Shown: positions 48,149 through 56,824 of the stretch, one piece after another
Layout: every line of letters begins with the position of its first letter
Position numbering within the stretch: position 1 is the stretch's first letter
From: Chloroflexota bacterium
GTDB taxonomy: Bacteria > Chloroflexota > Dehalococcoidia > Dehalococcoidales > UBA5760
Assembly (NCBI GenBank): GCA_015222205.1
Contig: JADFUW010000011.1
Location: 511 to 64,510, forward strand
Length of the DNA stretch: 64,000 nucleotides
Reading direction: 5' to 3'
Made by a program: the position numbers and the translations under genes
The notes under the pieces: model-generated
What the model was told of the DNA's origin: nothing
The model's input: only the letters and a program-made list of their open reading frames with translations
Database searches by the model: none

Positions 48149-49144
48149 ATGAAGAAATTTGTCAATGAGCCGAGCAATTTCGTCCACGAGATAATGGAGG
48201 GACTAGTTCTAGCCAATCCAGATAAGCTCAAGTATGTCCCTGATTACAACATCATCTACCGCGCCGATATGCCCAGGGATGATAAGGTCTCCATCATCCA
48301 GGGTTCCGGGAGCGGCCACGAACCAGCGCATATCATGCTTGTGGGACAGGGAATGCTTGATGCTGCTTGCCCAGGTAATGTCTTTGCCGCACCACCCATG
48401 GAATACTGCTACGAGTGTACCAAGCTCATGAACTCCAAGAAGGGCGTCCTTCACTTGATAAACAACTACCAGGGTGACCGTATGGTCTGGGATATGGCTC
48501 ATGAGATGGCAGAGGCCGACGGGATTAAGGTTGGTGTGGTTATTATTGACGATGATGTCGCCGTTCAGGATAGCACACACACGGTAGGCCGACGTGGCGT
48601 AGCCGGCAACTTCTTTGTCATCAAGGCTTGTGCTGCCGCCGCAGAACAAGGAGCTAGCCTTGAGGAACTGGTCGCCCTAGGTAACAGGGTCAACAGTGTC
48701 GTCCGCACCATGGGGGTAGCACTAACCTCCTGCACGCCACCAGCCAAGGGAGAGCCAATCTTTGATATTGCTGATGACGAGATAGAAATGGGCATCGGTA
48801 TCCACGGTGAACCGGGACGACGCCGTGCTAAGCTACAAGCCGCTGATGCTATCGTTGATGAAGTATTCCAGGCAGTCGCTAGCGACCTACCCTTCAAGAG
48901 GGGTGACCAGGTCAGCCTGATGATTAATGGCATGGGGGGCACCCCAATTAGTGAGCTCTACTTGCTATACCGCAAGGCAGCGCTGAACTGCAAAAACAGT
49001 GGCCTTGAAGTAGTTCGCAGCTATGTTGGCAATTACTGTACTTCTCTGGAGATGGCCGGCTTCTCGCTAACACTAATCCGCCTTGATGACAATCTCAAGC
49101 GTTTACTGGCTGCCCCAGCTGAGATTCCAATACGCGTCTTCTAA
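48149..49144 (+). CDS. dhaK: Dihydroxyacetone kinase subunit K (Dak1 domain)
   Basis: KKFVNEP, SGSGHEPAH, NYQGDRMVWDMA, IGIHGEPG. Confidence 0.9.
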   Translation: MKKFVNEPSNFVHEIMEGLVLANPDKLKYVPDYNIIYRADMPRDDKVSIIQGSGSGHEPAHIMLVGQGMLDAACPGNVFAAPPMEYCYECTKLMNSKKGVLHLINNYQGDRMVWDMAHEMAEADGIKVGVVIIDDDVAVQDSTHTVGRRGVAGNFFVIKACAAAAEQGASLEELVALGNRVNSVVRTMGVALTSCTPPAKGEPIFDIADDEIEMGIGIHGEPGRRRAKLQAADAIVDEVFQAVASDLPFKRGDQVSLMINGMGGTPISELYLLYRKAALNCKNSGLEVVRSYVGNYCTSLEMAGFSLTLIRLDDNLKRLLAAPAEIPIRVF

Positions 49145-49171
49145 TCCGCACATTACAGTTTTGCAAAGCAG

Positions 49172-49214
49172 GGAGGTTGCAACCGTAGATGAGATTGCAA
49201 CCTCCTCTTATTTT
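49172..49214 (+). terminator. Rho-independent terminator after dhaK (possibly bidirectional)
   Basis: GGAGGTTGCAA(12-nt loop)TTGCAACCTCC followed by TCTTATTTT. Confidence 0.7.
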
Positions 49215-49256
49215 GCTTATAGATTGGGTAAATAGCCCGGCTAGTGGGGGTGGGTC

Positions 49257-49333
49257 TGGTCGGGGTGAGAGGACTTGAACCTCCGACCTCAGCGTCCCAA
49301 ACGCTGCGCGCTAGCCAACTGCGCCACACCCCG
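49257..49333 (-). tRNA. tRNA-Pro (anticodon TGG), CCA encoded
   Basis: Minus strand CGGGGTGTGGCGCAGTTGGCTAGCGCGCAGCGTTTGGGACGCTGAGGTCGGAGGTTCAAGTCCTCTCACCCCGACCA. Confidence 0.9.
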
Positions 49334-49393
49334 CTAACAAGAATAAATATAACAAAGTGCCTGTTCAGGGTCAAGCCAATGGCTAGCTAGATT

Positions 49394-50128
49394 TCAGTCT
49401 CTACAGTCGGGGCAGATGTCAAACTCTTCTGGGGCCAAGCCGGCCTTCTTGGCTATGTAGTCAAGTTGCTTCTCCGGCGCCCAGTATTTACCACATTTAC
49501 TGCACTTCTTTAGTTTAAACTCTATCTTCTGCATCCTAGGATTAGGCATAGTTATAGTTCTGGTATCTCCGATATCCTCTAACCCTATAGCATCCACCGG
49601 ACAGATATAAGCACAGGAACCACAACCAATACAGGCATCCGGAGCCTCATAAAATGGGGAAGCCACCTGTCTATTAGTACCTCGATTGACCAAGCTGATG
49701 GCGCTAACACCGACAACTTCTTCACATGCCCTAACACATAAGCCACAAAGAATGCATTTCTTATCTTCCAGCCTGAAGGGTGTTTTATCAACACCCAGCT
49801 TACTGGCTAAATCCTGTACCGCCGCCAAGTCAGGGCATCTAGCTAGCAATAACTCCATTATAGTTCTGCGGTCATTCACCACCCTCTCGGTGTTAGTTTC
49901 CACAACAAGTCCCTCTTCTACCGGATAGAGACAAGAAGCTACCAATCTCCTTCGCCCCCGACGGGTAATCTCCACCATACACAGACGACAGGCACCATAT
50001 GGAGCCACTTCCTCATGATAGCACAGAGCCGGTATATAGATACCGTTATCTCTAGCTACCTCCAGTATTACTTTCCCCTCTTCAGCCTGGACATCTCGTC
50101 CGTCAATGGTTAATGTCAGCATCTTCAT
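49394..50128 (-). CDS. [2Fe-2S] + 2x[4Fe-4S] ferredoxin module homologous to the N-terminus of NuoG/HydA, without a catalytic domain
   Basis: 2Fe-2S pattern LCYHEEVAPYGACRLCMVE...ASC. CILCGLCVRACE and CIGCGSCAYICP. C-terminal CSKCG...CPDC ribbon. Only 244 aa. Confidence 0.75.
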   Translation of the reverse strand: MKMLTLTIDGRDVQAEEGKVILEVARDNGIYIPALCYHEEVAPYGACRLCMVEITRRGRRRLVASCLYPVEEGLVVETNTERVVNDRRTIMELLLARCPDLAAVQDLASKLGVDKTPFRLEDKKCILCGLCVRACEEVVGVSAISLVNRGTNRQVASPFYEAPDACIGCGSCAYICPVDAIGLEDIGDTRTITMPNPRMQKIEFKLKKCSKCGKYWAPEKQLDYIAKKAGLAPEEFDICPDCRD

Positions 50129-50134
50129 TTACCT

Positions 50135-51997
50135 TTATTCTACTTTTATGGCACCAAGCTTACATACATCATAGCAAGCACCACACTTGATGCACTTTTC
50201 CTGGTCTAAGACAACCGGCTCCTTTTTCCCTCTGGCCGTTATGGCTCCCGAGGGACAAGCCTTGACACAGAGTCCACATCCTGGACACTTCTCCTCGATA
50301 ATCTGATAGGTAATTAACTCCTTGCAGATGCCAGCCGGACACCTTTTCTCCTTAATATGGGCTTCATACTCATCCCGGAAATAGCGGATAGTAGTCAACA
50401 CTGGATTGGGGGCTGTAGCCCCTAGAGCACACAGTGAGCTGTCAATCAACACCGTCGAAAGGCGTTCCAATAGCTCAATATCCCCATCCTTTCCCCTACC
50501 CTCGGTGATGTCAGTTAGTATTTCCCGCATCCTTTTCAAGCCCTCACGGCAGGGAACACATTTACCGCATGACTCTCCCTCAAGAAAGCCAATGAAGTAC
50601 TTGGCAATATCCACCATGCAATTGCCCTCGTCCATTACAATCATCCCGCCCGAACCCATCATTGAGCCAGCCTCGGTTAGCTCATCAAAATCTACGGGTA
50701 AATCAAGTAAACTCTCGGGGATGACCCCCCCGGAGGGACCACCCGTCTGAACCCCCTTGAATTTCTTACCGTCAAGAATACCGCCACCGATATCATAAAT
50801 AATCTCCCTCAAGGTTATCCCCATCGGTACCTCCACCAAACCAGTATTGTTAACCTTGCCCACCAGAGAGAAAATCTTAGTTCCCTTGCTATTTTCGGTA
50901 CCTGTTTGGGTAAACCAATCAGCACCTTGATTTATTATTAGCGGGACATTAGCCCAGGTCTCTACATTATTCAGGGCGGTAGGTTTATCCCACAAACCCC
51001 GTTCAGTAGTATGGATATACTTTGCCCTCGGCTCGCCCGGTTTACCTTCCAGTGAAGCCATCAGCGCCGATGATTCACCACAGACAAAAGCCCCACCCCC
51101 CCTGTTTATCTTAATACTGAAGTCAAATCCAGAGCCCAGGATATTATTACCCAGAAGCCCATACTCCTCAGCCTGCTTAATAGCCAGCTGAACATTCTTT
51201 ACCGCCAGTGGATACTCATGGCGAACATAGATATAACCCTCATGGCCACCTATAGCATAGGCCCCGATTATCATCCCCTCCATAACACTATGCGGGTTGC
51301 CTTCCACCACACTTCTATCCATATAGGCACCCGGGTCACCTTCATCGGCATTACAGATAACATACCGCACGCCATCCGAGGATGCAGCATTCCGACAGGA
51401 TTCCCACTTGATACCGGTGGGGAAACCACCGCCACCACGCCCCCGCAAACCAGATTTCTTGACTTCATCGATTACCGCCTCAGGTGACATTTCAAAGAGC
51501 GCCTTACTCAATGCCGAGTAACCACCAACCGCTAAATAGTCCTCGATTAGGGTAGGGTCAATATAACCGTTATTACCAAAGACGAACCGCTTCTGTCTTT
51601 TATAGAATGGCACGTCAGGCTCATAGATTATTTTCTCGCCGGTATTGGGGTCAGTGTAGAGCAATCTATCAATGATATTATCCTTTAGAATGGTCTGCGA
51701 GACTATCTCAGGGATATCATCTACCCTTACCCGTTGATAGAAAATGTTCCTCGGCCTAATAACTACTAACGGTCCCCGTTCACAGAAGCCGTGGCAGCCG
51801 GTAGTCCTTACATCTACCTTGGAATCTAATCCCCGCTGCTTAACCTCTTCCCTAAAAGCACTAGCTACTTTTTCACACCCATAGGCATGACATCCGGTGC
51901 CGCTGCATATCGTTATGCACGGCTTATTAGGGTCTCGCTGGCTAGTTATTGTTTCTCTTATAGCCTCTAATTCAATAGGAGAGCTTAACCTCTTCAA
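50135..51997 (-). CDS. NuoF/HydB/HndC-like NAD(P)H-binding FMN iron-sulfur flavoprotein
   Basis: N-terminal thioredoxin-like 2Fe-2S (CSGTGCH...[11 protein letters not shown]), [30 protein letters not shown]-terminal [23 protein letters not shown]. Confidence 0.9.
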   Translation of the reverse strand: MKRLSSPIELEAIRETITSQRDPNKPCITICSGTGCHAYGCEKVASAFREEVKQRGLDSKVDVRTTGCHGFCERGPLVVIRPRNIFYQRVRVDDIPEIVSQTILKDNIIDRLLYTDPNTGEKIIYEPDVPFYKRQKRFVFGNNGYIDPTLIEDYLAVGGYSALSKALFEMSPEAVIDEVKKSGLRGRGGGGFPTGIKWESCRNAASSDGVRYVICNADEGDPGAYMDRSVVEGNPHSVMEGMIIGAYAIGGHEGYIYVRHEYPLAVKNVQLAIKQAEEYGLLGNNILGSGFDFSIKINRGGGAFVCGESSALMASLEGKPGEPRAKYIHTTERGLWDKPTALNNVETWANVPLIINQGADWFTQTGTENSKGTKIFSLVGKVNNTGLVEVPMGITLREIIYDIGGGILDGKKFKGVQTGGPSGGVIPESLLDLPVDFDELTEAGSMMGSGGMIVMDEGNCMVDIAKYFIGFLEGESCGKCVPCREGLKRMREILTDITEGRGKDGDIELLERLSTVLIDSSLCALGATAPNPVLTTIRYFRDEYEAHIKEKRCPAGICKELITYQIIEEKCPGCGLCVKACPSGAITARGKKEPVVLDQEKCIKCGACYDVCKLGAIKVE

Positions 51998-52017
51998 TAG
52001 CTACTCCTTCCCCATAA

Positions 52018-52488
52018 CTAAGTATAATTCTCCAACACACCTTTAACCTTCTCGGTCTTCATTTGCCCGAAGTATTCCCCATCAACTATTACCACCGGAC
52101 CTAAGGCACAAGCCCCAACGCAGTTAACCGTTTCCAGGGTAAATTCAAGGTCTTTGGTGGTTTCACCAGCCTTAATATCCAGGTCTCGCTCCATCGCCTC
52201 CAGAACCCGCACCGCTCCCCTAACATGGCAGGCTGTACCCAGGCACACATTAATTAAGTGGCGCCCCCGGGGCGTCAAACTCAACGCCTTGAAGAAAGTA
52301 GCGGCACTATAGACCCGACTCAATGGAACATCTAAGCCCTGGCTCACCTGCTCCAGGGTTTCCCGAGGCAAATAATTATACTCCGCCTGAATATCCTGCA
52401 AGATGGATACCAACATACCCTTATCACGCTGATAGTTATCTAGTACTGACACCACCCTTTTTTCTAACTGTTTAGCTTCTGGCTGCAT
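52018..52488 (-). CDS. NuoE/HydC/HndA-like [2Fe-2S] subunit
   Basis: LVSILQDIQ..., CLGTACHVRGA, VNCVGACALGPVV. Its ATG overlaps the porB 3' end by 25 nt, preceded by AAGGAGAAGG. Confidence 0.9.
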   Translation of the reverse strand: MQPEAKQLEKRVVSVLDNYQRDKGMLVSILQDIQAEYNYLPRETLEQVSQGLDVPLSRVYSAATFFKALSLTPRGRHLINVCLGTACHVRGAVRVLEAMERDLDIKAGETTKDLEFTLETVNCVGACALGPVVIVDGEYFGQMKTEKVKGVLENYT

Positions 52489-53405
52489 GCTACCTTCTCC
52501 TTGAGTCTAGCATAATCCACATTCACCCTATTCTGAATCTCCAGCACCTTTTCCTCAGACAGATGACGAAATCTACCCTGCAACTTCAGATAATCCCGAA
52601 CCGGTCTTAGCTGGGGCACATCAATAGTTAATTTATATTTACCATTCTCAATCTCATATAGCGGGAATATCCCCGTCTCCACCGCCAGACGACCTATCCT
52701 GACGGTTAAATCAGGGGCACATCGCCAACCAGTAGGGCAAACCGACAGGATATGAATATAAGCTGGACCAGGGGTAGATACACCCTTCTCCACCTTAGCC
52801 ATTAAATCAAAAGGATAGCTTGGACAGGCAGTAGCCACATAGGGTATATCATGGGCAGCGGCAATAGCCGGCATATTCTTCTTCCAGGTAACCTGCCCGA
52901 TGCTCAGTTTACCCGCCGGAGCCGTGGTCGTCGAGGCGCCATAAGGAGTAGCTGAAGACCTTTGTATCCCGGTATTCATATAGGCTTCATTATCAAAGCA
53001 GATATAGAGAAAATCATGCCCTCTTTCTAAGGCTCCAGATAGCGCCTGAAGCCCAATATCACTGGTACCGCCATCACCCGCCATGGCGACTACCCTTATC
53101 TCTTTAGCCGGGCGCTTACCCTTTCTCACCATGGCTTTTAAACCAGCCTCCACACCCGACGCGGTGGCAGCAGCATTCTCAAACAGGGTATGAATCCAAG
53201 GTAAACGCCAGGAAGTATAGGGAATTGGTGTAGCAATCACCTCCATACAACCGGTAGCGTTAACTATTATCGCATCCCGACCCAGTGCCTTACAGGCCTG
53301 TCTTACCGCCAAAGCCTCGCCACAACCAACACACGCCCGGTGACCGGGAGCGAAGCTCTCCCTCTTAGCTATTAATTTGGGGACAAAAACAGCGTATTTT
53401 TCCAT
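52464..53405 (-). CDS. porB: Pyruvate/2-oxoacid:ferredoxin oxidoreductase beta subunit (TPP-binding)
   Basis: GHRACVGCGEA, GDGGTSDIGLQALS, TGWR. Confidence 0.9.
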   Translation of the reverse strand: MEKYAVFVPKLIAKRESFAPGHRACVGCGEALAVRQACKALGRDAIIVNATGCMEVIATPIPYTSWRLPWIHTLFENAAATASGVEAGLKAMVRKGKRPAKEIRVVAMAGDGGTSDIGLQALSGALERGHDFLYICFDNEAYMNTGIQRSSATPYGASTTTAPAGKLSIGQVTWKKNMPAIAAAHDIPYVATACPSYPFDLMAKVEKGVSTPGPAYIHILSVCPTGWRCAPDLTVRIGRLAVETGIFPLYEIENGKYKLTIDVPQLRPVRDYLKLQGRFRHLSEEKVLEIQNRVNVDYARLKEKVACSQKLNS

Positions 53406-54583
53406 TATTCCCTCACCCCAAACATCTCAAATTCCTGCTCGCTTCCCGCCTGTGAAATCTCAATACCCCGATTAATTATCTCCCTAAAGCCAGATGGAGA
53501 AATAACCCTGCCCCCCAAACCACCAACAAAGCCGATAACCTTTGGCCTCTTGTCTAAACCATATAAGGCTGACCTAATCTCAGAGGCGACCGGCCCCCCT
53601 GGTCCACCAAAGGAAAGGGCCCTATCCAGCACAAGGAGAGTATCAGCATCCTTAACCGCCTGGCGGAGTTCAGCAAAAGGAAATGGTCGCCATAAGCAGA
53701 GCTTTATCAGCCCCACCTCCTTACCCTCTTCCCGCATAGAATCCACAGCAGACATCGCCGTCTCGCTGAAACTACCCATAGCCAGCAGAATTACCTTAGC
53801 CCCTTCACAACGGTAGCTTTCTACCGGGGAGTAGTAGCGCCCGAAGATATCACCAAACTCCTTCCAAGCCTGAAGAATCACCTCTTTAGCCGCAGTCAAA
53901 TTTACCTGCTGCGCTTTTTTTGTCTCGGTATATATATTAGGTGGGGCAAGACCACCCATAGTTATCGGCCTGTCGGGGTCTAATGGCAAAGGGTACTCAT
54001 GTGGAGGCAGGAATTTATCAACCTCGCTCGACTCCAGGATATATATAGGTTCAATCACATGCGTCAGTTGAAATCCATCCAGATGAATCATTACCGGAAG
54101 TAAAACACGCCGGTCCTCGGCAATGCGAAAGGCACAGAGCACATTATCAAAGGTTTCCTGACCGTTAGCGGCGAATATTTGAATCCAGCCGGTGTCACGG
54201 ACAGCCATCACATCAGAGTGGTCACCCCAGATACTTATCGGTGCTGACAAAGCCCGGTCAGCCACGGCCATAACTATGGGTAGCCGCATAAATGAAGCCA
54301 CATATAATACCTCGTGCATCAGCTCTAATCCTTGCCCGGCAGTAGCCGTAAATGTTCTCGCTCCAACAGCAGACGCTCCCAAGCAAGCACTCATCGCCGA
54401 ATGCTCAGATTCAACCGGAATATAAGAAGCATCCAGCTCACCGTTAGCTACCAGCTCAGAAATATCCTCCACGATGTGGGTTTGTGGGGTAATGGGGTAA
54501 GCCGATACTACATCCACATTAGCCAGTTTGACGGCTATGGCAATAGAGCGGGAAACCTCTATCCCTACCCTTTGTGTCATCAT
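53405..54583 (-). CDS. porA: Pyruvate/2-oxoacid:ferredoxin oxidoreductase alpha subunit
   Basis: I chose the start MMTQRVGIEV (ATGA overlap with the porD stop). AYPITPQT and SEHSAMSAC motifs. Confidence 0.9.
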   Translation of the reverse strand: MMTQRVGIEVSRSIAIAVKLANVDVVSAYPITPQTHIVEDISELVANGELDASYIPVESEHSAMSACLGASAVGARTFTATAGQGLELMHEVLYVASFMRLPIVMAVADRALSAPISIWGDHSDVMAVRDTGWIQIFAANGQETFDNVLCAFRIAEDRRVLLPVMIHLDGFQLTHVIEPIYILESSEVDKFLPPHEYPLPLDPDRPITMGGLAPPNIYTETKKAQQVNLTAAKEVILQAWKEFGDIFGRYYSPVESYRCEGAKVILLAMGSFSETAMSAVDSMREEGKEVGLIKLCLWRPFPFAELRQAVKDADTLLVLDRALSFGGPGGPVASEIRSALYGLDKRPKVIGFVGGLGGRVISPSGFREIINRGIEISQAGSEQEFEMFGVRE

Positions 54584-54870
54584 TCCTCCTCTACCATAGT
54601 GATAGCCTTTGTCCAGCACTCGCGGGCACAGATACCACATCCCTTGCAGTAAAATAGATTGGCTTCAAAAAAACCCTCTTCGTTCGGCTCAATACATCCC
54701 TCAGGACAAAAAATGGCACAAAGACCACACTTTATGCACCTACTATGCTCATGGACAGGCCTTTGTGTCCGCCAGTCCCCGGTTTGATACTGACTGGCAT
54801 TTCCGGGCTCGGTCATTACGGCACCAATCTCAAGGTCCTTCCAGGTTAGTTCGCCCCCTGGTTTAGTCAA
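54580..54870 (-). CDS. porD: Pyruvate/2-oxoacid:ferredoxin oxidoreductase delta subunit (2x[4Fe-4S])
   Basis: CIKCGLCAIFCPEG and CKGCGICARECW, 96 aa. Confidence 0.9.
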   Translation of the reverse strand: MTKPGGELTWKDLEIGAVMTEPGNASQYQTGDWRTQRPVHEHSRCIKCGLCAIFCPEGCIEPNEEGFFEANLFYCKGCGICARECWTKAITMVEEE

Positions 54871-55445
54871 CTTTCCTGCCCCCCTACTGTAGTTTCCTTA
54901 TACGCCTTTTGCATGGCACTAATATTCCTGTCTGCCAAACGACCAAACCGATGCCTCAGCGGTTCAAGTAAGGACTCTAATTTAGTAACCTCCCTGGCTT
55001 TTAGCAGAGCTCCAATCATAGAGGTATTAACAATTGGCACCCCAAGTAACTCCCGAGCAATCTTAGTAGCGTCAACTGTCGCCAGTGCACAGTTAAGACT
55101 AAATTCCTCTCTAACTTCCCTTGCTTCCTTTGGTGTATTAATCACCAGAATCCCATTACTTTTAAGTCCAGAAGCAACATCAACAACACGCAGTAAACCG
55201 GGGTCAAGCACGACTACTATGTCAGGTTCATCAATTTCAGCCCTTACCCAGATAGGTTTATTGCTATCTATCCTGACAAAGGCTACGACTGGGGCTCCCC
55301 TCCTTTCCGCACCAAAAGCAGGGAAGGCTTGAGCATACTTGTTCTCATTTATCGCCGCTTGGGCTAACAGTTCAGCAGAGGTAACCGCTCCTTGACCACC
55401 ACGACCATGCCACCTAATCTCAACAAGCCCTGCCGTATCTATCAC
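54867..55445 (-). CDS. porG: Pyruvate/2-oxoacid:ferredoxin oxidoreductase gamma subunit
   Basis: EIRWHGRGGQGAVT...FGAERRGAP. GTG start after GGGAGG. Confidence 0.9.
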   Translation of the reverse strand: MIDTAGLVEIRWHGRGGQGAVTSAELLAQAAINENKYAQAFPAFGAERRGAPVVAFVRIDSNKPIWVRAEIDEPDIVVVLDPGLLRVVDVASGLKSNGILVINTPKEAREVREEFSLNCALATVDATKIARELLGVPIVNTSMIGALLKAREVTKLESLLEPLRHRFGRLADRNISAMQKAYKETTVGGQES

Positions 55446-55473
55446 TAAAGACCTCCCAAATTACCATAAAAAA

Positions 55474-55546
55474 CGCCCCTGGAGCGACTTGAACGCTCGC
55501 ACCCAGCTCCGGAGGCTGGCGCTCTATCCACCTGAGCTACAGGGGC
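55474..55546 (-). tRNA. tRNA-Arg (anticodon CCG), CCA not encoded
   Basis: Minus strand GCCCCTGTAGCTCAGGTGGATAGAGCGCCAGCCTCCGGAGCTGGGTGCGAGCGTTCAAGTCGCTCCAGGGGCG followed by TTTTTT. It lies 28 nt upstream of porG. Confidence 0.9.
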
Positions 55547-55552
55547 TGTCTC

Positions 55553-55655
55553 TATATTAACGCTTCTATACGTAACTCGGCAAGGGGTTATCCTTATACT
55601 AACACTTCTGGACGTGACTCGACAAGGGGTTATCCTTATATTAACACCGAACACG
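55553..55655 (-). repeat. About 2.5 tandem copies of a 42-nt unit, each carrying a -35/-10-like pair
   Basis: Copies at 55553-55594, 55595-55636 and a partial copy from 55637. Minus-strand unit: GTGTTA(A/G)TATAAGGATAACCCCTTG(C/T)CGAGT(T/C)ACGT..AGAA. The proximal TTGCCG-18 nt-TAATAT ends 7 nt before the tRNA-Arg 5' end. Confidence 0.8.
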
Positions 55656-55702
55656 TGATTCAGAAAACTGCCCAATCAGCTACCTAACGAAGAGGGCTAA
55701 AC

Positions 55703-56134
55703 CTACAGCTTAGGCAGAAATAGATACTGTGTTGTTGTTCTAAGCCGTTTCCTTACTACAGCTAGCTGCGGTTTATATATCTTAATCCTCTCTTGCCTTG
55801 GAGTTATAGGCATATCAAGAATCTTAGCCATAACCTTCTCCTCCACCTCTCCGGGGCATTTTACCACCATTTCATCCTGCCCGACACTTACCTCTATAAG
55901 TATCGGCAGCAGTAACGCCTTTTGCTCATCGGTGTCTATCAAGCTGGCAAGATACTTCAGCTCTTTACGGCTGAACAGATGAGTGCTGCCGTCCCCACAC
56001 ACGACACAAGGATATTCCTCGCCCAGTAAATCCGATAGTGGTTTTTGCTTACCGGGCAGATGGGCATTCACTACCCTGAGTTCGCCCTTTAGGCTTTCCT
56101 GAAGCAATCTTTCGTAGGGTAACTCGCTAGCCAT
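55703..56134 (-). CDS. UPF0216/DUF61-family protein (family otherwise typical of Archaea); start at ATG 56134 (track gives TTG 56152)
   Basis: NAHLPGKQKPLSDLLGEEYPCVVCGDGSTHLFSRKELKYLASL...LLLPILIEV...PGEVEEKVMAKIL...VVRKRLRTTTQYLF matches my recollection of Pyrococcus/Methanocaldococcus UPF0216 proteins. Confidence 0.6.
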   Translation of the reverse strand: MASELPYERLLQESLKGELRVVNAHLPGKQKPLSDLLGEEYPCVVCGDGSTHLFSRKELKYLASLIDTDEQKALLLPILIEVSVGQDEMVVKCPGEVEEKVMAKILDMPITPRQERIKIYKPQLAVVRKRLRTTTQYLFLPKL

Positions 56135-56138
56135 CTTT

Positions 56139-56774
56139 TCATCTCTGCTCAAGCAGTACTTTTACCCGTTTTAATCGTGACTTCTCTTCTCTATCCCGTT
56201 CCTCAAACTTCATATACAGGTATTTTATCGTCGTCTGCAGTCCGGGGATTACCAGATACTCCAGGGCATTGAGTATCCTCTTTGTCCTGTTTATTTCCCT
56301 GCCCAGCAGTTCCAGGCTCCTCTGGAGTTCAGCCAGCTCAACAATAGCCTCCAGGCACTTCTCGGATAGCCCGGCCGTCTGGTCTAACCACGAAGATGTA
56401 TCCGTCAGGCTATATCCCCTTACCCCTGGCTCGGCTTCCCTTAACTCAAAAGCAGGAATTCTTACCCCGCCTACATTTCTCAAGCCGGCGACGATGCCTA
56501 AATCCCTCTCGGTGGCTATTAGTTCCTTCTCCAGGGCTATGTAGCCGTGATACCCAGCAGCAATGGATAATACTTTATAGGTCTGGGAGAAATCATCCAG
56601 CAGTTTCTGCTTAGCCTCTACCGTCTGCCTAGCTATCTGCAAGAATTCCAGGATCAGTATTGACACCCTGTCCTTTATTATCTTCTGTATTCTAGTAGCT
56701 AAGCTAAGCCGCCGCCTGAGCTTTATCAGTTCAATCTTGGTTGGTCTGGTTACTCTAATAACCTGCCGCGACAT
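56139..56774 (-). CDS. atpD: A/V-type ATP synthase subunit D
   Basis: RPTKIELIKLRRRLSLATR... coiled-coil central-stalk protein, 211 aa. Confidence 0.9.
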   Translation of the reverse strand: MSRQVIRVTRPTKIELIKLRRRLSLATRIQKIIKDRVSILILEFLQIARQTVEAKQKLLDDFSQTYKVLSIAAGYHGYIALEKELIATERDLGIVAGLRNVGGVRIPAFELREAEPGVRGYSLTDTSSWLDQTAGLSEKCLEAIVELAELQRSLELLGREINRTKRILNALEYLVIPGLQTTIKYLYMKFEERDREEKSRLKRVKVLLEQR

Positions 56775-56824
56775 TTCTCTACCTTTAAGCCTTCTTCAAA
56801 TATACTTGGCCAGTTAATCTCTAA

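Noticed and set aside
54584-54640. Upstream extensions of porA (to 54640) and, similarly, atpB (to 58276) and the DUF61 gene (TTG at 56152)
   Set aside because: The extensions overlap the preceding genes. Conserved N-termini start at internal ATGs that form ATGA stop/start overlaps typical of translational coupling. The DUF61 start remains ambiguous.
55553-55655. CRISPR-like array
   Set aside because: There are only 2.5 directly abutting copies of a 42-nt unit with no unique spacers between them and no cas genes in the window. It is better explained as duplicated promoter modules.
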